This document shows, one piece after another, positions 12,501 to 25,700 of a stretch of 64,000 bases of DNA (position 1 is the first letter of the stretch; every line of letters starts with the position of its first letter). This DNA is from Pavona decussata (lineage: Eukaryota). The position numbers were made by a program, and so were the translations under genes. The stretch is from assembly GCA_977016875.1 (NCBI GenBank), contig CDRNST010000028.1, positions 930,001 to 994,000 on the forward strand, read 5' to 3'. The notes under the pieces were generated by a model, which had not been told where the DNA came from, did no database searches, and was given only the letters and a program-made list of their open reading frames with translations.

Positions 12501-14198
12501 TACGGCGTCTGAATCAAAGCAGGTCCACAGCCATTATTCTCGGTTAAGCCAGGTGAGAAAAATGGCTGAGCCGATCCAAATTAGATCAGCCATTCTAAAT
12601 TGATTCAGACGCTGTACTTCACATGAACTTAAATTATTGAATTGGATTCGGCAGCTCATTTGAAGTACGGCGTTTGAACCAGGCCTAAGACCATCCCAAG
12701 ATGAGCATAGAAGCAGAAGAAGGCTGACTATCCCGAAAACACTAATTTTTGTGACCAACTGAAAGTCAACTGAGGAGAGTATTGCTTACCCAGTAGACAC
12801 ACTGTCAGAGCTTCCTGGGGAGAGCGATGGGGGTAATGATGCAGAAAATACTTGTGCATCAGTGCCAAGAAACAAGTCATCCTCTGAATCTAAATGGCTT
12901 CCTGCAAAATAATATTATTAGCCAAATGTAATATTTTGCGATTATCATGACCAATAAAAATGAGAGGGACATAACAAAGAAAATCCATCTCTGTATCAAC
13001 AGGTGATTTAAATCCAGATTAAAAAAAAGTAGAAAATGATTTCTGCTTGTGGAGGGAGGAAAACTGGAAGCCCCAAAGAAATAAAATGATACATTTAAAA
13101 TGTTTTTAAAAGCTACATGCACATGTAATTTTAAGCTAATGATGAAGAGAAGTCGCATTAAAACTGAGTAATCTAGCATCAAAAATCTTTTGGAAAAATC
13201 TTTATTGAGTGGAAATTAAACTTGAATCAAGATTCACATTCACCCATGGTTAGCTTAATCAGGCTTTGAACTACTGGCTCCTGGAGCCATTGTTTTTTTT
13301 TTTGGTTTGTTTTTTTTTTTTTCAGCCAAGAGCCCAGGAACCCTAACCACCTTGAGACCCTGACACTCCAATGACCTGAATGTTAATTCTCCTGACCCGA
13401 CTGCCATACATCTCTTTTTAAAGTTTAAGTTCACAGAATTTTCGATGCAAGATTAGTCAGAATTCTCCCAAATGTGGTACAATGGGATAGTGTCCAGGTG
13501 ACACAGGTTCATTACAAGGTTTACTAAAAACAGAGTTTAAGTAGTTATTAAACAGGTTTGCCTTTTCCAGTGTGTCAGTAACCAGGGAGCTGCAGTTTAC
13601 ATCCTTTTCCATGTGATTATGTATGTATGTACAGTCCAACCTCTTTATTACGGACACCAAGGGGACAGGGATAAGTGTCCGGTTTATAGAGGTGTCCGTT
13701 TTAGAGAGGTAGGCTTTATATGGATTTTGGTCTCTCAGGGACCAAGTGAACTGTCCGTAATAGAGAGGAGTCCGTATTATAGAGGTGTCTGTAAGGAGAG
13801 GTTCCACTGTACTTATTTTCGACTTTAGTAGCTGTTTAACCTTTAGTTAATGTAGGCTTCAGGTTTTACCCTTCAGTGAGGGACGTAGGTCCCGTTTAGG
13901 GTTTTCCTGTCAATACTTGTTCTTTGTATTGCCAAACTATTAAAGTAAAGTAAAGTAAATTTGGTGTTGCATCAAACAACATCACCTAGTTGATGATTTT
14001 CTTTATTCTCATTACCTGCCTGGTTGAGAATGTATTGGTAATGTAAGGAGACATTACATATTGATCACTCCTGGGATTGAAAGAGTTAATCATTAAATTG
14101 TTGTTAACAAACTTACCCTGCTCTGAAGTTCGCCTTCCCTGGTAAGAAGCAGGATCTGAAGGAACTTCATGTGAAATATGTTCATCAGTGTTGTCCAT
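578..14198 (-). CDS. ITPRID2: ITPRID/SSFA2(KRAP)/TESPA1-family IP3-receptor-interacting protein (multi-exon; 3' end probably outside the window, or read-through stop at 563)
   Basis: Phase-consistent GT-AG coding exons: 14198-14117, 12901-12790, 10467-10339, 4730-4532 and 2437-578. Exon 4730-4532 reads DVISLLNAMTVDPEEFLADLGFAEPDMRSRIPDRFLETPSSARGINVESF, matching the KRAP IP3R-binding signature (DPEE..LGF..P...IP.RF...S.A.GI...F). Exon 12901-12790 has SEDDLFLGTDA, resembling the family EDDLSLGAEA motif. The large acidic, Ser-rich exon corresponds to ORF 563-2350. The symbol is family-level; the paralog is not resolved. Confidence 0.85.
4820..5028. mobile_element. piggyBac-like MITE
   Basis: TTAA|CCCTTTAA...TTAAAGGG|TTAA. 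Related fragments near 13980-14088 and 60500-60703. Confidence 0.75.
5460..5697 (-). mobile_element. tRNA(Thr)-related SINE-like repeat
   Basis: Minus strand GTAGCTCAGTGGTAGAGCATCCGAACTAGTAATCGGAAGGTCTTAGGTTCGACTCCT has A and B boxes and an AGT anticodon-like loop, embedded in a longer repeat. Second copy near 30780-30960. Confidence 0.7.
7430..7540. mobile_element. Palindromic Penelope-derived element with a degenerate hammerhead
   Basis: Arms TTTGGTTTATCAACAGAGT.GATAACT / AGTTATC.ACTCTGTTGATAAACCAAA. The minus strand reads CTGACGA-tGGGCTAACGCTT-CAAAC-GTCAG, with the GAAA box mutated. Confidence 0.55.
7647..8018. mobile_element. MITE with (GAC/GGC)-rich TIRs
   Basis: AGGAAGCTTTAATAATGACAACGGCGACGGCAACG ... 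CGTTGCCGTCGCCGTCGTCGTTGCTAAAGCTCCCT. Related elements near 4030-4380 and 8019-8705. Confidence 0.7.
8073..8453. mobile_element. Kolobok-like MITE (TTAA TSD) nested in another MITE
   Basis: TTAA|AGGAACAGTATCA...TGATACTGCCCCT|TTAA. The host-MITE paralog near 4125 shows the empty site. Confidence 0.75.
9084..9467. mobile_element. Second, inverted copy of the Kolobok-like MITE
   Basis: TTAA|AGGGGCAGTATCA...TGATACTGTCGCT|TTAA, the reverse complement of 8073-8453. More distant relatives near 29170-29540, 48665-49050, 58300-58660 and 62990-63310. Confidence 0.75.
12302..12685. mobile_element. PIF/Harbinger (Tourist-like) MITE
   Basis: TAA|GGCTTGGTTCAGACGCCGTACTTCA...TGAAGTACGGCGTTTGAACCAGGCC|TAA, with internal copies of the TIR motif. 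Confidence 0.75.
13490..13612 (-). mobile_element. Non-LTR retrotransposon ORF2 fragment
   Basis: VTDTLEKANLFNNYLNSVFS resembles the KA..FN..F.SVF linker motif between the endonuclease and RT of CR1/L2-group LINEs. Confidence 0.5.
13632..13809. mobile_element. Tc1/mariner-like MITE
   Basis: TA|CAGTCCAACCTCT...AGAGGTTCCACTG|TA, with internal repeated GTCCGT..TAGAG motifs. Confidence 0.75.
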
Positions 14199-16299
14199 TA
14201 GTTATGTGTATTCTTTATCAGCTAACTCTGCCATTATCTACAAGGCCATAACATTTTCAACCCAAGCTGTAAACAGTAAAAAGTACAGTCAAATACATGT
14301 ATCCTCTTTAAGATGTACAGTACAGGCCAGAATTAAGCGAACCAAAGCTGTGGAGGCGTATACATGTCTAAAAATCTGCAGATGCACGTCTAGTCAGACT
14401 CATTAGTATGTATGAGCTAGCTCATTGTTTTCGTATTGTTGATCTTTCATTGTTCTTTTGAATTGCCTAGGAAATGTATATGTTGTCGTTCAATTTTTTT
14501 GGAGGTTTAAAAATTTTCAAACTATGCATTTGATTTTCATCTGTCTCAGATTATGGTAATGAATACCGCACAAAGGAAAATAAAAATTAAACTGGTTTGA
14601 AAAATTTGAAACCAAAAAAAAAATTAAGCATAACATATATACTGCAAAATTTAAGCAAAAAAAATCATTGAATTCAAGTCCAAGCAGGTGTACTCTTAGT
14701 GACACCGAGGTCCTTTCAATATATACCCAAAGTCAATTAGAGACAAGAAATATGCATGGAAAAACTAACAATAATTAGGTCTGTGGACTCACTAATATTT
14801 TTCTCACTTTTGTAAAGTGCCTTAGCACTTTTGTCACTATTTTGGCACTATTATAAATTGTCATAATTCGTTGTAATAAATTGTAACTACAAGGTGGTTC
14901 TAACTTTTGAGTTTGTGGATGAAATGACCATTAAAATGAACACCACAGCATAGAGAAGTATTTGAAGTCGACAAAATTCTGTGCAAATTACACTGTGAGT
15001 CAGTTGTATACGAATGTCACAGCAAAAAAATTAATAAAAATGAGATTACACATTTACATGTACAATAAATTTCTATTAATAATCATGACAATACTTAATA
15101 TACTCATATTATATATAAATACATGTACCTCACTTATAACACTTTCAATTTTAATTTCAAATTTTAATTTTTAAGTTTAAATTGTAGTTTAAAAACTTAA
15201 AAATTTATTAATTGTTTCAATTTTAATTCTTTTATTGTAAAGTCCCTTAATTTGGGGCTAAAAATGTAAAACAAATTATAACGTGATTTTAAAAAAGATT
15301 TTAACTACATGGATACATGAATACACATGTGGAGGATGCTAAAAGACTTCAAAAGTAGTATACATGACATTGTATGATAAAAAGGGTGGATTAACTATAA
15401 TTGTACACCAGCAAATAATTAAAATGGGATAAAAAAAGGCACTTTGACAGTTTGGCTCAGTCATAAAATAAAGCTTGGCTAAATAAATACATCTTGAGTC
15501 CATGCTTTTATTTCAAGTTAAAGAATGTGCCCAAACAACAGGAAGCAACATGCTTTCATCACTGAGCAACATTTTTAACCTGAACTGGAATTGAACATTT
15601 AAGCAGCTTGGCATGGTTTACATGTAAATCAAATGTATTTAGCACAGAGCACTAATAATTGGCACACTCTCCAGATCAAATTGGAATTGGAAAATGACTG
15701 TGACAGTTGGTTTTTTAGGAGAGAGGAAAACTGGAGTACCCAGAGAAGCACCTCTTGGAGCAGGGACGAGAAGTTTCATTTGAAACTAAAAAACACTGAT
15801 TGAAGTACATTGTTCATAACAGACTAGACACATACATGTATGCCAATTTCTGCTGTTAGCAAATACCTTTAGTGCAATCCAGAACATTTTATTTGCTAGT
15901 CTTAGAACATTCAAAGCAGTGAATTTTCTTTCAGTCTCAGTTTTCGCACCATAGAATATTTTTATTCTATTTCAAACATTGTGGTTTTCAGCCACTTTTG
16001 GACAAAATGATTTGATTATATCTACAGCAAGGAGTGTCAGAGAGTTGGTTTCTTAAACAAGAGTTCATGAGTCTTGGACTTAATTAACACTAGATCTACC
16101 AATACTAGGGGTGCCCACGGGATCATTTTGCAGGATAATTCTGTTTAAAAAATTACCTCAGAAATTCAGATTTAGGTTTAAGGAAAATCCAACCTTTTCT
16201 GCAACAAAATGCCAGCTCAAAATTTTTGTAATATTGGAAAAATAATTCGTTCATTTTCATAGGGGCAAGTATCTTGTTTAAAATGCTAAATAAGGTGAT

Positions 16300-16582
16300 A
16301 CATACATAGCTACATACATACTTTATTGGCTCATCCCCACGGGGCTTTTCAGAGTCAATTTAACATTACATAACTAAGTACAAGACAATGATAAAAGACA
16401 AAAGAAGATAAAGCTAGTGGATTAACTAAAACAGTCATTAAGAAGTTTTTGACTAAGTAAGCGCTTGAACACTGTCATGGAAGGGCTAAGTTTGAGCGAA
16501 GGCTGCAACCCATTCCACAGAGAGGTTGCTCGATATTGAAAGGTCCTTTGGCCGCTAGCAGTGCAGAAGAGTGGTATGTGCG
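16300..16582 (-). mobile_element. 5'-truncated L2/CR1-group LINE 3' end
   Basis: 16580-16422 encodes HIPLFCTASGQRTFQYRATSLWNGLQPSLKLSPSMTVFKRLL..., a typical ORF2 C-terminus. It is followed by a CCCC-GT-GGGG stem-loop, AATAAA and a (TATG)n tail. Confidence 0.8.
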
Positions 16583-18187
16583 TAAGAGTGATCAGCTAGA
16601 ATTTTTGTAAAGCCAGCAATAGCTAGTAAATTTAGGAAACAACATTCTGTTTGCTAAAGCTTTCTGCAGCCAAAAGTCTCCGCTAAAGAAACCGAACAGA
16701 TCAAACTGTATTAGGTTACATACAATATGTCTTTAAAAGGACACAAAACTACCTGGGGACACAGGAGATAATATTTTGAGTATTTGGTTTAAATGTTCTT
16801 GTTGGGTGCGCCTGTTGGTTGTCTGTTCCCCAGGAAAAAATTTCAAGAAAAAAATTATGCATATAATATTATTGAATCCAAAGAACCACCCTGGATCCAG
16901 ACCATCTTTCATATTCTCCTGCTGGAGTAGCCTGCACAGAAGTCTCCTATTCCCATTAAGACTAGTACCTTTTGCAATGAAGGAACAATTAAGGGAAGGA
17001 AACTGACGACATCTGTACACAAGGTTGTGTTCTGAAACATTCACTTTTCAGTGATAAACGGAACGTATTATGCTGTGTTTCTGCAAATGAAACCCCCTAA
17101 AAGAAAACAGCCCTTCGGTAACTATAATTCTGCCATTTGGCGAAAAAAATGTCACAGTATGTTAACACTCCTATAAATTTAACTCAATCAGTTGACTCCC
17201 TTTTTCTGAACAGATGGAAATACAATTGTCCCTGGTTACTAATTTAGTAAATAGTCAGTAACTTACAAGAGAAACATGATTAATACATGTATCAGTAAGT
17301 GAGCCCAGTGATGATAAGTAGAACCAAAGCTTAACTGCCGGACATGTGTATTGTCATGTGTTCGTATCTAGATGATATTAATAACACATCAATGAGAATC
17401 AGCTATACTGCAGTATACATTAAAAGTTTAACGTTGTTACACTAGGATGTACATATGTACCTTAGGGAAATTTAAGGGAGTTCTTCCTTGCAAGTGGACT
17501 GTAGACAGACTACAGTGTGCAGCATAATGACTCATAATTTATGATATGAATTCACAACAGATGTCATTTATGTAAATTGCCAAATCTTCCTGTCATTTAA
17601 AGTCACTTTACAACACCTTAGTACCTTCCCACGCGATCGCGAGCCCATTACCATAATTAGTTACTTTAGAACTGACTGTTAATTTCCTTAACTCGTTTGC
17701 ACTATAAATCTATCGATCGGTGAATTTCGCTAAAATCTTCCATTTATGTTTAGAGATTTCTTTTCAATTTCCCTGCCTATTTAGATTTAGTGACCAAATA
17801 GGCCCATTTAAACCAGCTTTCTCCAAATAAGTCCTTTCAATTAACCGTAAGCTCATAGCTTTTATACATGTTGGAAATATCAATTAGTTAAACAGCTTGG
17901 ATAAAAAAAAGCTTATTAAATGGGCCAAAATGAAACGTTTGGAGAATAAAATTTGTTCACTGTCCGATTGCTGTTCTAATTCTCGGACAAAATAATATTC
18001 ATTCCATAAAATTCGAGCTATGGAAAATGAGTGCAACCTGCAGATCAATCGATCAGACTTAAGAAAATTTCTATTTGCAATTAAATTAATTTTTTCCTCT
18101 GAAATAAGCGTGTTCGTTTATTCAAATGACTTTAAAATATAAACAGCTTTGTGTTAGAATTTGATGGACTGGATAGACAATACTTAC

Positions 18188-18570
18188 TGAAGATTATAAA
18201 CAGCAGGTTTCATACCAAAATCTCCTGGCACGAAGCGGAACAGTCGACATCAGCGATGAATAAGCTTGCTTCTTCCATTCATTCCCGGAGTCATGCGAAT
18301 CGTTCGCAGCACCAAACCATTCGGCGATCGCGATAGTTTTAGATATTCGATGCAATTATTCTGCTTTTCCCGAGCGCTAATGTAGCGTCACTTTCTTGTG
18401 GCGCTGAGTTATTTGTTCGTGTCAACTCTGTGTATGTTTGCGAATACCAAAGCTATCTCCACACATGTCGTTTGTCCCGCGTTTAGCTTAACAAGGAGCA
18501 CGGCAGGGGGACTGGTGATCAATACGAACAATCTCGTCCCCAGTTCTCGTCGGTGGTGTTGTCACGTGAC
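18188..18570 (-). promoter_or_regulatory. Probable non-coding first exon and promoter of the ITPRID-like gene
   Basis: GTAAGT donor at 18187-18182, CpG-richer segment 18230-18560, and perfect GTCACGTGAC (E-box/CLEAR-like) palindrome at 18561-18570. Confidence 0.45.
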
Positions 18571-19860
18571 ATTTTACGGAAAACAAAATGGTGAGCTGCA
18601 GCTAAAAATATCTAAATGAAAAAGTTACTAAGCCACACATATCATTCTCTAATTTCCTCCCGTTTTGCAACAAGGATGAAAAACAATACCTAGTTTTCTC
18701 TTGCTCAAACGCTGTATCATATCCCCATAATCGAGTTCTTATGCTTGCTATTATTTTATTGCAAAATCTTGGTGAGGCGCGCTAAAAAAAAAAACCACTT
18801 CTTGTGAAATTTTATACCGTGTAGCAAAAGGGTTCACCACCACACAGACAATAATGCAAGTCATCGCTTGGCATTGCAATTAGTTTGGCCTCCAATTTGA
18901 AGCGCGCGCATGCGAGTTTTGTCTACATGTGTTATTTGGCGTTGCCATGGTTTCCTGGTCATTCCGCGACTACAGCGCAAGTTGAAAATTTGGGTTTCCA
19001 ATTATTGCTCTTCTCTTGTTTACGACCATTCGACGCTTTCTTTTTAATAACATATTGGATTGTTCTTCCGGATAAATTAGCCTTCGATATTTCGGTTCGC
19101 ATCTAAAAGATTATACTCGTTTTTTTGCTCTTCTTCTGTCAGTTCCTCAGTTCAAATTATCTTCCAGTGGACGTGGAAAACTGCAAAAAATGCCGGCAAA
19201 AATACAAGCGAGACTTAATTTTTCTTACTCGCAAAAACATTACATTTCAGTCACCTGATGACATGATATTCACAAGCATCTGACGAAAAGAGTCACATCT
19301 AAATCTGTGAATGCATTTCTTTTCTTACAAAAAAGACCCTTTTCGTCCATTTGGGCCTAGAATGGAATCCGGTCTGTTTTGAATCCTGTATTTGTGACGT
19401 CACTTAGAACATTGCGCACGCTTTTCGCTGACACGTTTTAACAACCTCGTTTCCAGGATTTTTATTTTATTTTATTTTTATTATTATTATTTTTTTTTTT
19501 GCAAAGCGACAGCAACGACAACAACAAAAACCTGATAATGGTGGGCCGATACCAGTTTTTTCAAATCGATCCGGGTACGAGTACGATGTTAACTGATATT
19601 TGGCATTTTTCGATATCCTGATTGTCGATACCTATATTGTGACGTCATCATCCAAGACTTTTCTGTGATGCTATCACCTATACTCTAAAAACTCTCTTTA
19701 TTTATGGAACGTAAACATTAAACAAAAAACACACAGCCCTAGCAACAGTGTTTCAACTTTAATTTTGAGATACTTTCTTCAAGCTCAGCGCAACAGCACG
19801 TATACAAAAGAAAAATGTTCAAGTGTGCGGTCACGTGAACACTATCGAACTGCGGATGAA

Positions 19861-20118
19861 AGATCAAATAGAAGGAAGATCCTCGCCTTAAACCGCCTTA
19901 AATCGCCCTAAGTCGCCCAAAGTTACGGCGACTTAAGGTCCCAGAGTAGGCCTCTCGCAGTTACTACGCAACTTTTAAAGCAGTTGCAAAAAGAGAGCCT
20001 GGAAAATATTTAGGCTTGAACGGGATCCCGTTCAAGCCTGAATTTTTTCAGGCTTTCTTTTTGCAACTCAGTGCTTAAGATGCGTAGTAACTGCGAAGAT
20101 CTTTCTTCTATTTGATCT
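19861..20118. repeat. Long palindrome centred on TTGAACGGGATCCCGTTCAA
   Basis: AGATCAAATAGAAG..AGATC...GCAGTTACTACGCA...AGGCTTGAACGG / CCGTTCAAGCCT...TGCGTAGTAACTGC..GATCT..CTTCTATTTGATCT; the left arm carries an insertion. Confidence 0.7.
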
Positions 20119-20839
20119 AACAAAAAGCGTTTGATATGTTGCCACCAAAAGTTGTCATTGTCGGCTGAAGCTTGCTGACATTGGGGCTGACTGTTGTTCG
20201 TGGTTTAGGTTTTGCTGTTATTGTTTTTGTTGTTGTTGTGTACGACTGTTATCGTTCTTGCTGCTGCTGTTGTTGTTTTTTATACTGTCGTTGTTACAGC
20301 TTCCCGATTCCATTTGCCAATCCAATTGCAAAAACTAACATTGATGCGGAGCAGTAGTGCAGCTTTAATAATGAACAACAACATCAAAACAATGAGCAGT
20401 AACACAATAACAACTTAAAAATCAGAAAAATGGACAACAGCAACAGCACCAACTACAACAAAAAAGTATTCGAAAAATTATGTTCGATACGTTGCGGCAG
20501 TGCCGCACCACACATCTGATAACGTATAAAATGAACTGACATCACTCAGCTGCCAATTCATTCTTCAAAGGATCTATTAATGCACCACATGTACACACTT
20601 ATCTGGTTAACTTCTTTTATTGAAACATTTCCCGGTATATTACCCGTGTACATTGAGACACAAATCTAAATTTACCGTTGACTACAATAATCCCTCCAAC
20701 TATACAAGCATAAATGCTCGACAAAACATAACAAGCGTAAGAGAAAACCATGAACGGAACAACCAGTCCTGACCTTTTGCTCTCCAGGTATTTCTATAGG
20801 TGCTGGTGAGTCTTGTTGGTTAAAACTTCTTTTAAGACC

Positions 20840-22696
20840 TTACATCTTATCTAAAGGGTTTCGTTTTCGTTTGACTACTTTATCTTCTCGAAAACGTCGC
20901 AACAAGTCAGCTTTAGCAGCCGCTTCATCGCGGAGATCAGATGCTCGAGCTTCCTTGTTTGTTACATCCGGGACTTTATCTGCTTCAGCAATTGAACGTC
21001 GTCTGTCTGCAATGAATGGAGTGCAACAGTTAAGCTTGTATATTTTGATAAGAGATATACTACTTAAAGGGAACTGACCTCCACTCCGACAACAAATTGA
21101 CGATAAATTGTCGGAAATAGTGTCTTAATTATAAATTTAACTTTAAAAAAAAGTAGAAGTGACATTCTGAAGATTGATAAAAATTAGATATGATTATCGC
21201 CTATCTTCGATTTTAAATTTCCCGGGCGCCGCCATTTTGAATTTCATGACGTTGTACGGTTGTCGCCATTGTCAGTAAACAGAAATTATTTTGTGTGAAG
21301 CAATTGAGTATTTGGCGTCATGAAATCCAAGATGTTTGGTCTTTCAAGTAGAAAGCTACAGAACAGCACTTTCCTGTGGTGCTATATTTATGCTATACAA
21401 GGTGGTTCTCACTTTTGAGTCTGTGGATGAAATCCTAAACTGTAACCATTCAAATGAAAGCTACTGAGAAGTATTTTCCTGTGGTGCTGTTTATTATGCT
21501 GTTCGTGTGTAGCTATTCAGATTTAAACTATTAAGACAACCTTATAAGAGACATTCCTCCTTTTACGGACTTCCGCTTCAATCTCTAGATACCGTTTTTG
21601 CATTGCGCATTCCAACTGAGCATAATTTCTTGCATTGCCGCTGAAACATGGCGGATTTTACTGATGCCAAGCTCAGTCAATACTGAGCCGGGTTATTTAC
21701 TCCCAAACGAGCACCGTAACCTATCATTTTTATCCCGTTATTTTAACTTATATCCATTTTCCTTTCCTTATATGTTGAAAACGTTTAAAAAAGTATATGA
21801 CAGAAAAAACAGAAAAAGAGTCATCGCTAGAAACAAGAGCTTACTGAGATCCGCAAGAAACGTTTTGAATTGACACTGCTCCATATTGTTCGTCCGTGCC
21901 AAGAAATTTATCTTTAATGGCTGCTTATGCTTCATACAGTCTATGATGTGTAACCTTTTTGGAAGCTCTCCTTTATATATGTAATTCCTGTTCCCACTAG
22001 AGATAGCAAGAACAGACCAAAACAAACAGGCTCGTATTTGAAAGATAATAATTCAGCAATTGTGGGTAACTTTGATCTTAAGTGGATCAAAGCTAGCTCT
22101 TTTGCGAGCACGGTGATCCATTCTTTTCATTGCATTTTTTCGAAATAATACAATAATGCAACTCAGTTAACGATCAGTGAGAGCTGAGATAATTTTACGA
22201 CAACTTTTTTTTTTTCAAGGGAATCATCTTAACTTACTCGTGATAATCCTGTAGACAAAATTGGCGTCTGCGCCTCCAGCGCATGCGTCAGAACCCTGTG
22301 GACAAGCCTGGGTTTTGTTCTGCAAGCACTCGTCTGACGCGCCATAATTGTCATAGTTTTCATCCGCTTTAGCATCGCTCCAGCATTCCCCTGTTGAAAT
22401 AGAGACACATCCAGGCTACAGTAATTCCTTGAACATGCACCTATATGATAATAGCCGCAGTCGTTCTTGATCTTCGGCTCGTGACGTCACGTACCAAAGA
22501 GCGACTGCACAGGAGACTACTATGATAAGCGTCTCCCCTCCCCTCCCCCTCCGTGTCCATTTGAATGCCAGTACGGTTGAGTATAAAAGTTTAGGTAGTG
22601 TTTATCACTCAGAATTTTTTAGAATCTTTGGTAATTCAGACCAGGGCCCAGTTGCTCGAAGCATGGTTAGCGCTAACCCGGGTTAAATGCCATGAC

Positions 22697-22733
<37 letters not shown>

Positions 22734-25700
22734 CGCTAACCATGCTTCGAGTAACTCAGCCCAGAATCAAAGTGAAACTGGGCAGGTCTTGACTTACAAC
22801 GTAGTTGCTTTATTCAAGTCGCATGTTGCAATTTCCTTCATGACCCCAGCCGATTGTACTGTACGTGTAGGGAGGGGGCAATAGCTACTGTTGGAATTAA
22901 CTGATGCATTATTAAGCCTGCCACCCACCAGGTTGGGACTGTTATGTTCCACTACGTTAATGTTCATTTCTCTCACTTAAAAGCGTATTTGATCATTGCG
23001 TCATGGACAATGCCTTCTGATAATTCAGTGCCACTTTTTGTTAATTCATTTATCCTTATTTCATCAAGGTCCGGTTGTTCGAAAGCCGATTAAGGCTGTT
23101 CATTGATAAAAACAACAACCGAGGTTTTTATCTCTCCAGTTAAAAATCTACAAGTTAAACTCGATTCCGCGGCGCACGCTGTTTGTTTGTGTGTTTGCAT
23201 GCAACGACATAAGTGCAAGAAAAAGTAGCCCGTGTAACTGGTCAATGGGAGAGGAGGAAGAGGTGTGAATCGATACTGAAGACCACGGAACCCTGCATAA
23301 CCGCGCTCACTCATGCTTGCGTCACAGCAGTTGACACGTAAGCACGTTCCTTATGCGCATGCTTTAAATTCTTTTGCTTACCATGGTTACGCACTCCGAA
23401 CATGGTGTATCCCTTCTGACGGACCTCCCTCGCGCACCTACACAAAAATTTGGTAAATTCTCCTTGCCATTCTTTTCCATATACCATCATTACTCCTCTG
23501 AATTTGTCACTGGTCGGATTTACTTGGTTCAGTAGCTCGTTAGCGAATGCGGGATTCTTAGAGTCCTCACCATGGCAACCAACGGCCTCATAGGATATCT
23601 CACACGGGGCATCTAGAAACGACGAATCGTGGATGTTAAATATTAACGTGGAGTAACCAGTACATTGATTTCAACCTGGCAAATTGAAACTCGCGTTTAA
23701 GTAGTGCTTGCACGAGAAAACACCTTTGCGCACATCAAATGTGTGGTCAAAGACTGTCAAAGGCCACCTTTGATTACCTTTGATTCGAATCACAGGTGAC
23801 AAAGGCCGCATTTGATTCACGCTCGTCAAAGGAGGAGTCAAATTTGATTGGAATCAAAGATACTTGTGAAGATATCACATATTTGATCCACCTTTTACTA
23901 GCGTCACAGCGGAGTCAAAGTTGTTTGATTTCAATTTGACGGCTTCAAAGGTAGGGTCAAAGTTGTTAATACATTTGAACTCACTTTTGATTCGAGTCAA
24001 AGGTATATGCAAAGGCGTCACATATTTGACGTATTTTTGATGTGCATCAAGTGTGTTGTCAAAAATGTTATTATATTTGACCTCATCTTTGATACGAATC
24101 AAAAAAAGAGCAAATCCAATTTTTCGTGCAGTTAATTTGCAGCTTAAAACATAAGCACAACCATTTTAATCTTGTTCCACTGTTGATTTGCTTATAAATT
24201 ATGGTTTGATTGGCATAGGACTAACGAACACCTATGAGTTTTGCTTTTGTGTTGTTTGTTTGTTGTTGTTGTTTTTGCGTTATTGTTTATTTTTTTTTCG
24301 TTGAATGACGTTTTGGCAAAATCTCGGTTAGCGAGTGTGATTGCTTTCGTCATTTTTCCAATTAAGTTTTTCTGTTGTCGTAACTGTTGTTTGCCAGATT
24401 AAAGAACTAAAAATGCGAAATGATGTGTATGAAAATTCATACCTTTGAACTGCGGAAGAAAGACTGAAAAAACTATAGTAGCTCACCTGAAAGTCGATAG
24501 ACTGCGTTGGCGTAGTTTAATCCTGCGCAGTATTTGCGGTGGGGTTCACACTTTTCAAAACACTGGTCCTGGCAGTTTCCTGACACACCTATTTTGGCAT
24601 ATGTATTCTCTCCACCGGCTCCACTCCAACATTCTCCTGAATAAACAACAAAACAGTGTACATGAAATACATGAAACAAGGGTGACATACGGCTTACTTT
24701 GTTTCTCGTGTACTCGTCCTATTCAATTTTACAACACGTCTCAATACTCTTAAGCGCCTTCATGTACCGCTAGATGAATAGGCCATTTTAGAGTTGTCTG
24801 CTTAGTGACCTGGCCTTAGATTGGAATCGAGGCTGGGGGTGACCTTGTTTTGATACAAACCTCACTGCTGTTCATATATAAATGAAAACTAGATAGCATA
24901 AGAACAGCATGATTTACATATGAAAAGCAGTGAGGTTTGTATCAAAACAAGGTCACCCCAGCCTCGCTTAGAATCCAAGACCAGGTCACTAAGCACACAA
25001 CTGTAAAATGGGCTATTTTCACTGCCCTTTGTCAAAGATTAGCGTACGTCAACCTTTGGACCTGCTAGTCAGTGGCTCGAGATCTGGTGCATGTCCGCAT
25101 TCATGGTGTGTCTTTCAAGCAGTTTACCTCACGGTGTCTCTCTAGCCGTCTCGACAACTGAGTTTACCCTTGAAAAATTAAAATTATTTTGGGAAGGGTA
25201 GCATAGCGACCATTAAATTGTCTTGGTTGTTCTTGCAAAGCGAAATCAGTAAGATCTAACAATATTCCTTGTTTTTTTTTTTAATAAAACAATTTTTCCA
25301 CTTGCGCTTGTTGTACATGGTATGGTTATAGCCAAATCGGTGCTATGCGCATGCGTCTCTTCGGCTATTCATTAGGGCGCACTTGTGTATTAATTACTTT
25401 TTAAATCTCTATATACGCAGTATCGAGAACTGTACTCCAAATGTTGTACGCCTGTTTACTGTTGCTAGCTTTTCAATCACTGCTCAAATACCTGTACAAG
25501 CTGCGCTGCAAAGCTACACAGGTTATTTTTTCTGTAATTATTCTGCAGGTATTACAAACCATAATACTGTACTCCGAATGTTGTGTGCCCTTTTTCCTTT
25601 GCTAGCGTGGCGCAGCGACAAACAAACTCGGGCATGTAGGCATCCCAGTTCCTCCAGTCTACCGACTGGCCGCTGTAGATTTTAAGATTCTTCTGTCTGT

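Noticed and set aside
20140-20470. Cys-rich or hydrophobic short ORFs
   Set aside because: Low-complexity (TGT/ACA)n sequence.
23740-24110. Regularly spaced TTTGA/TCAAA motifs as a repeat-spacer array
   Set aside because: Motifs are very short, irregularly spaced and enclosed by TIRs, which fits subterminal repeats of a DNA transposon.
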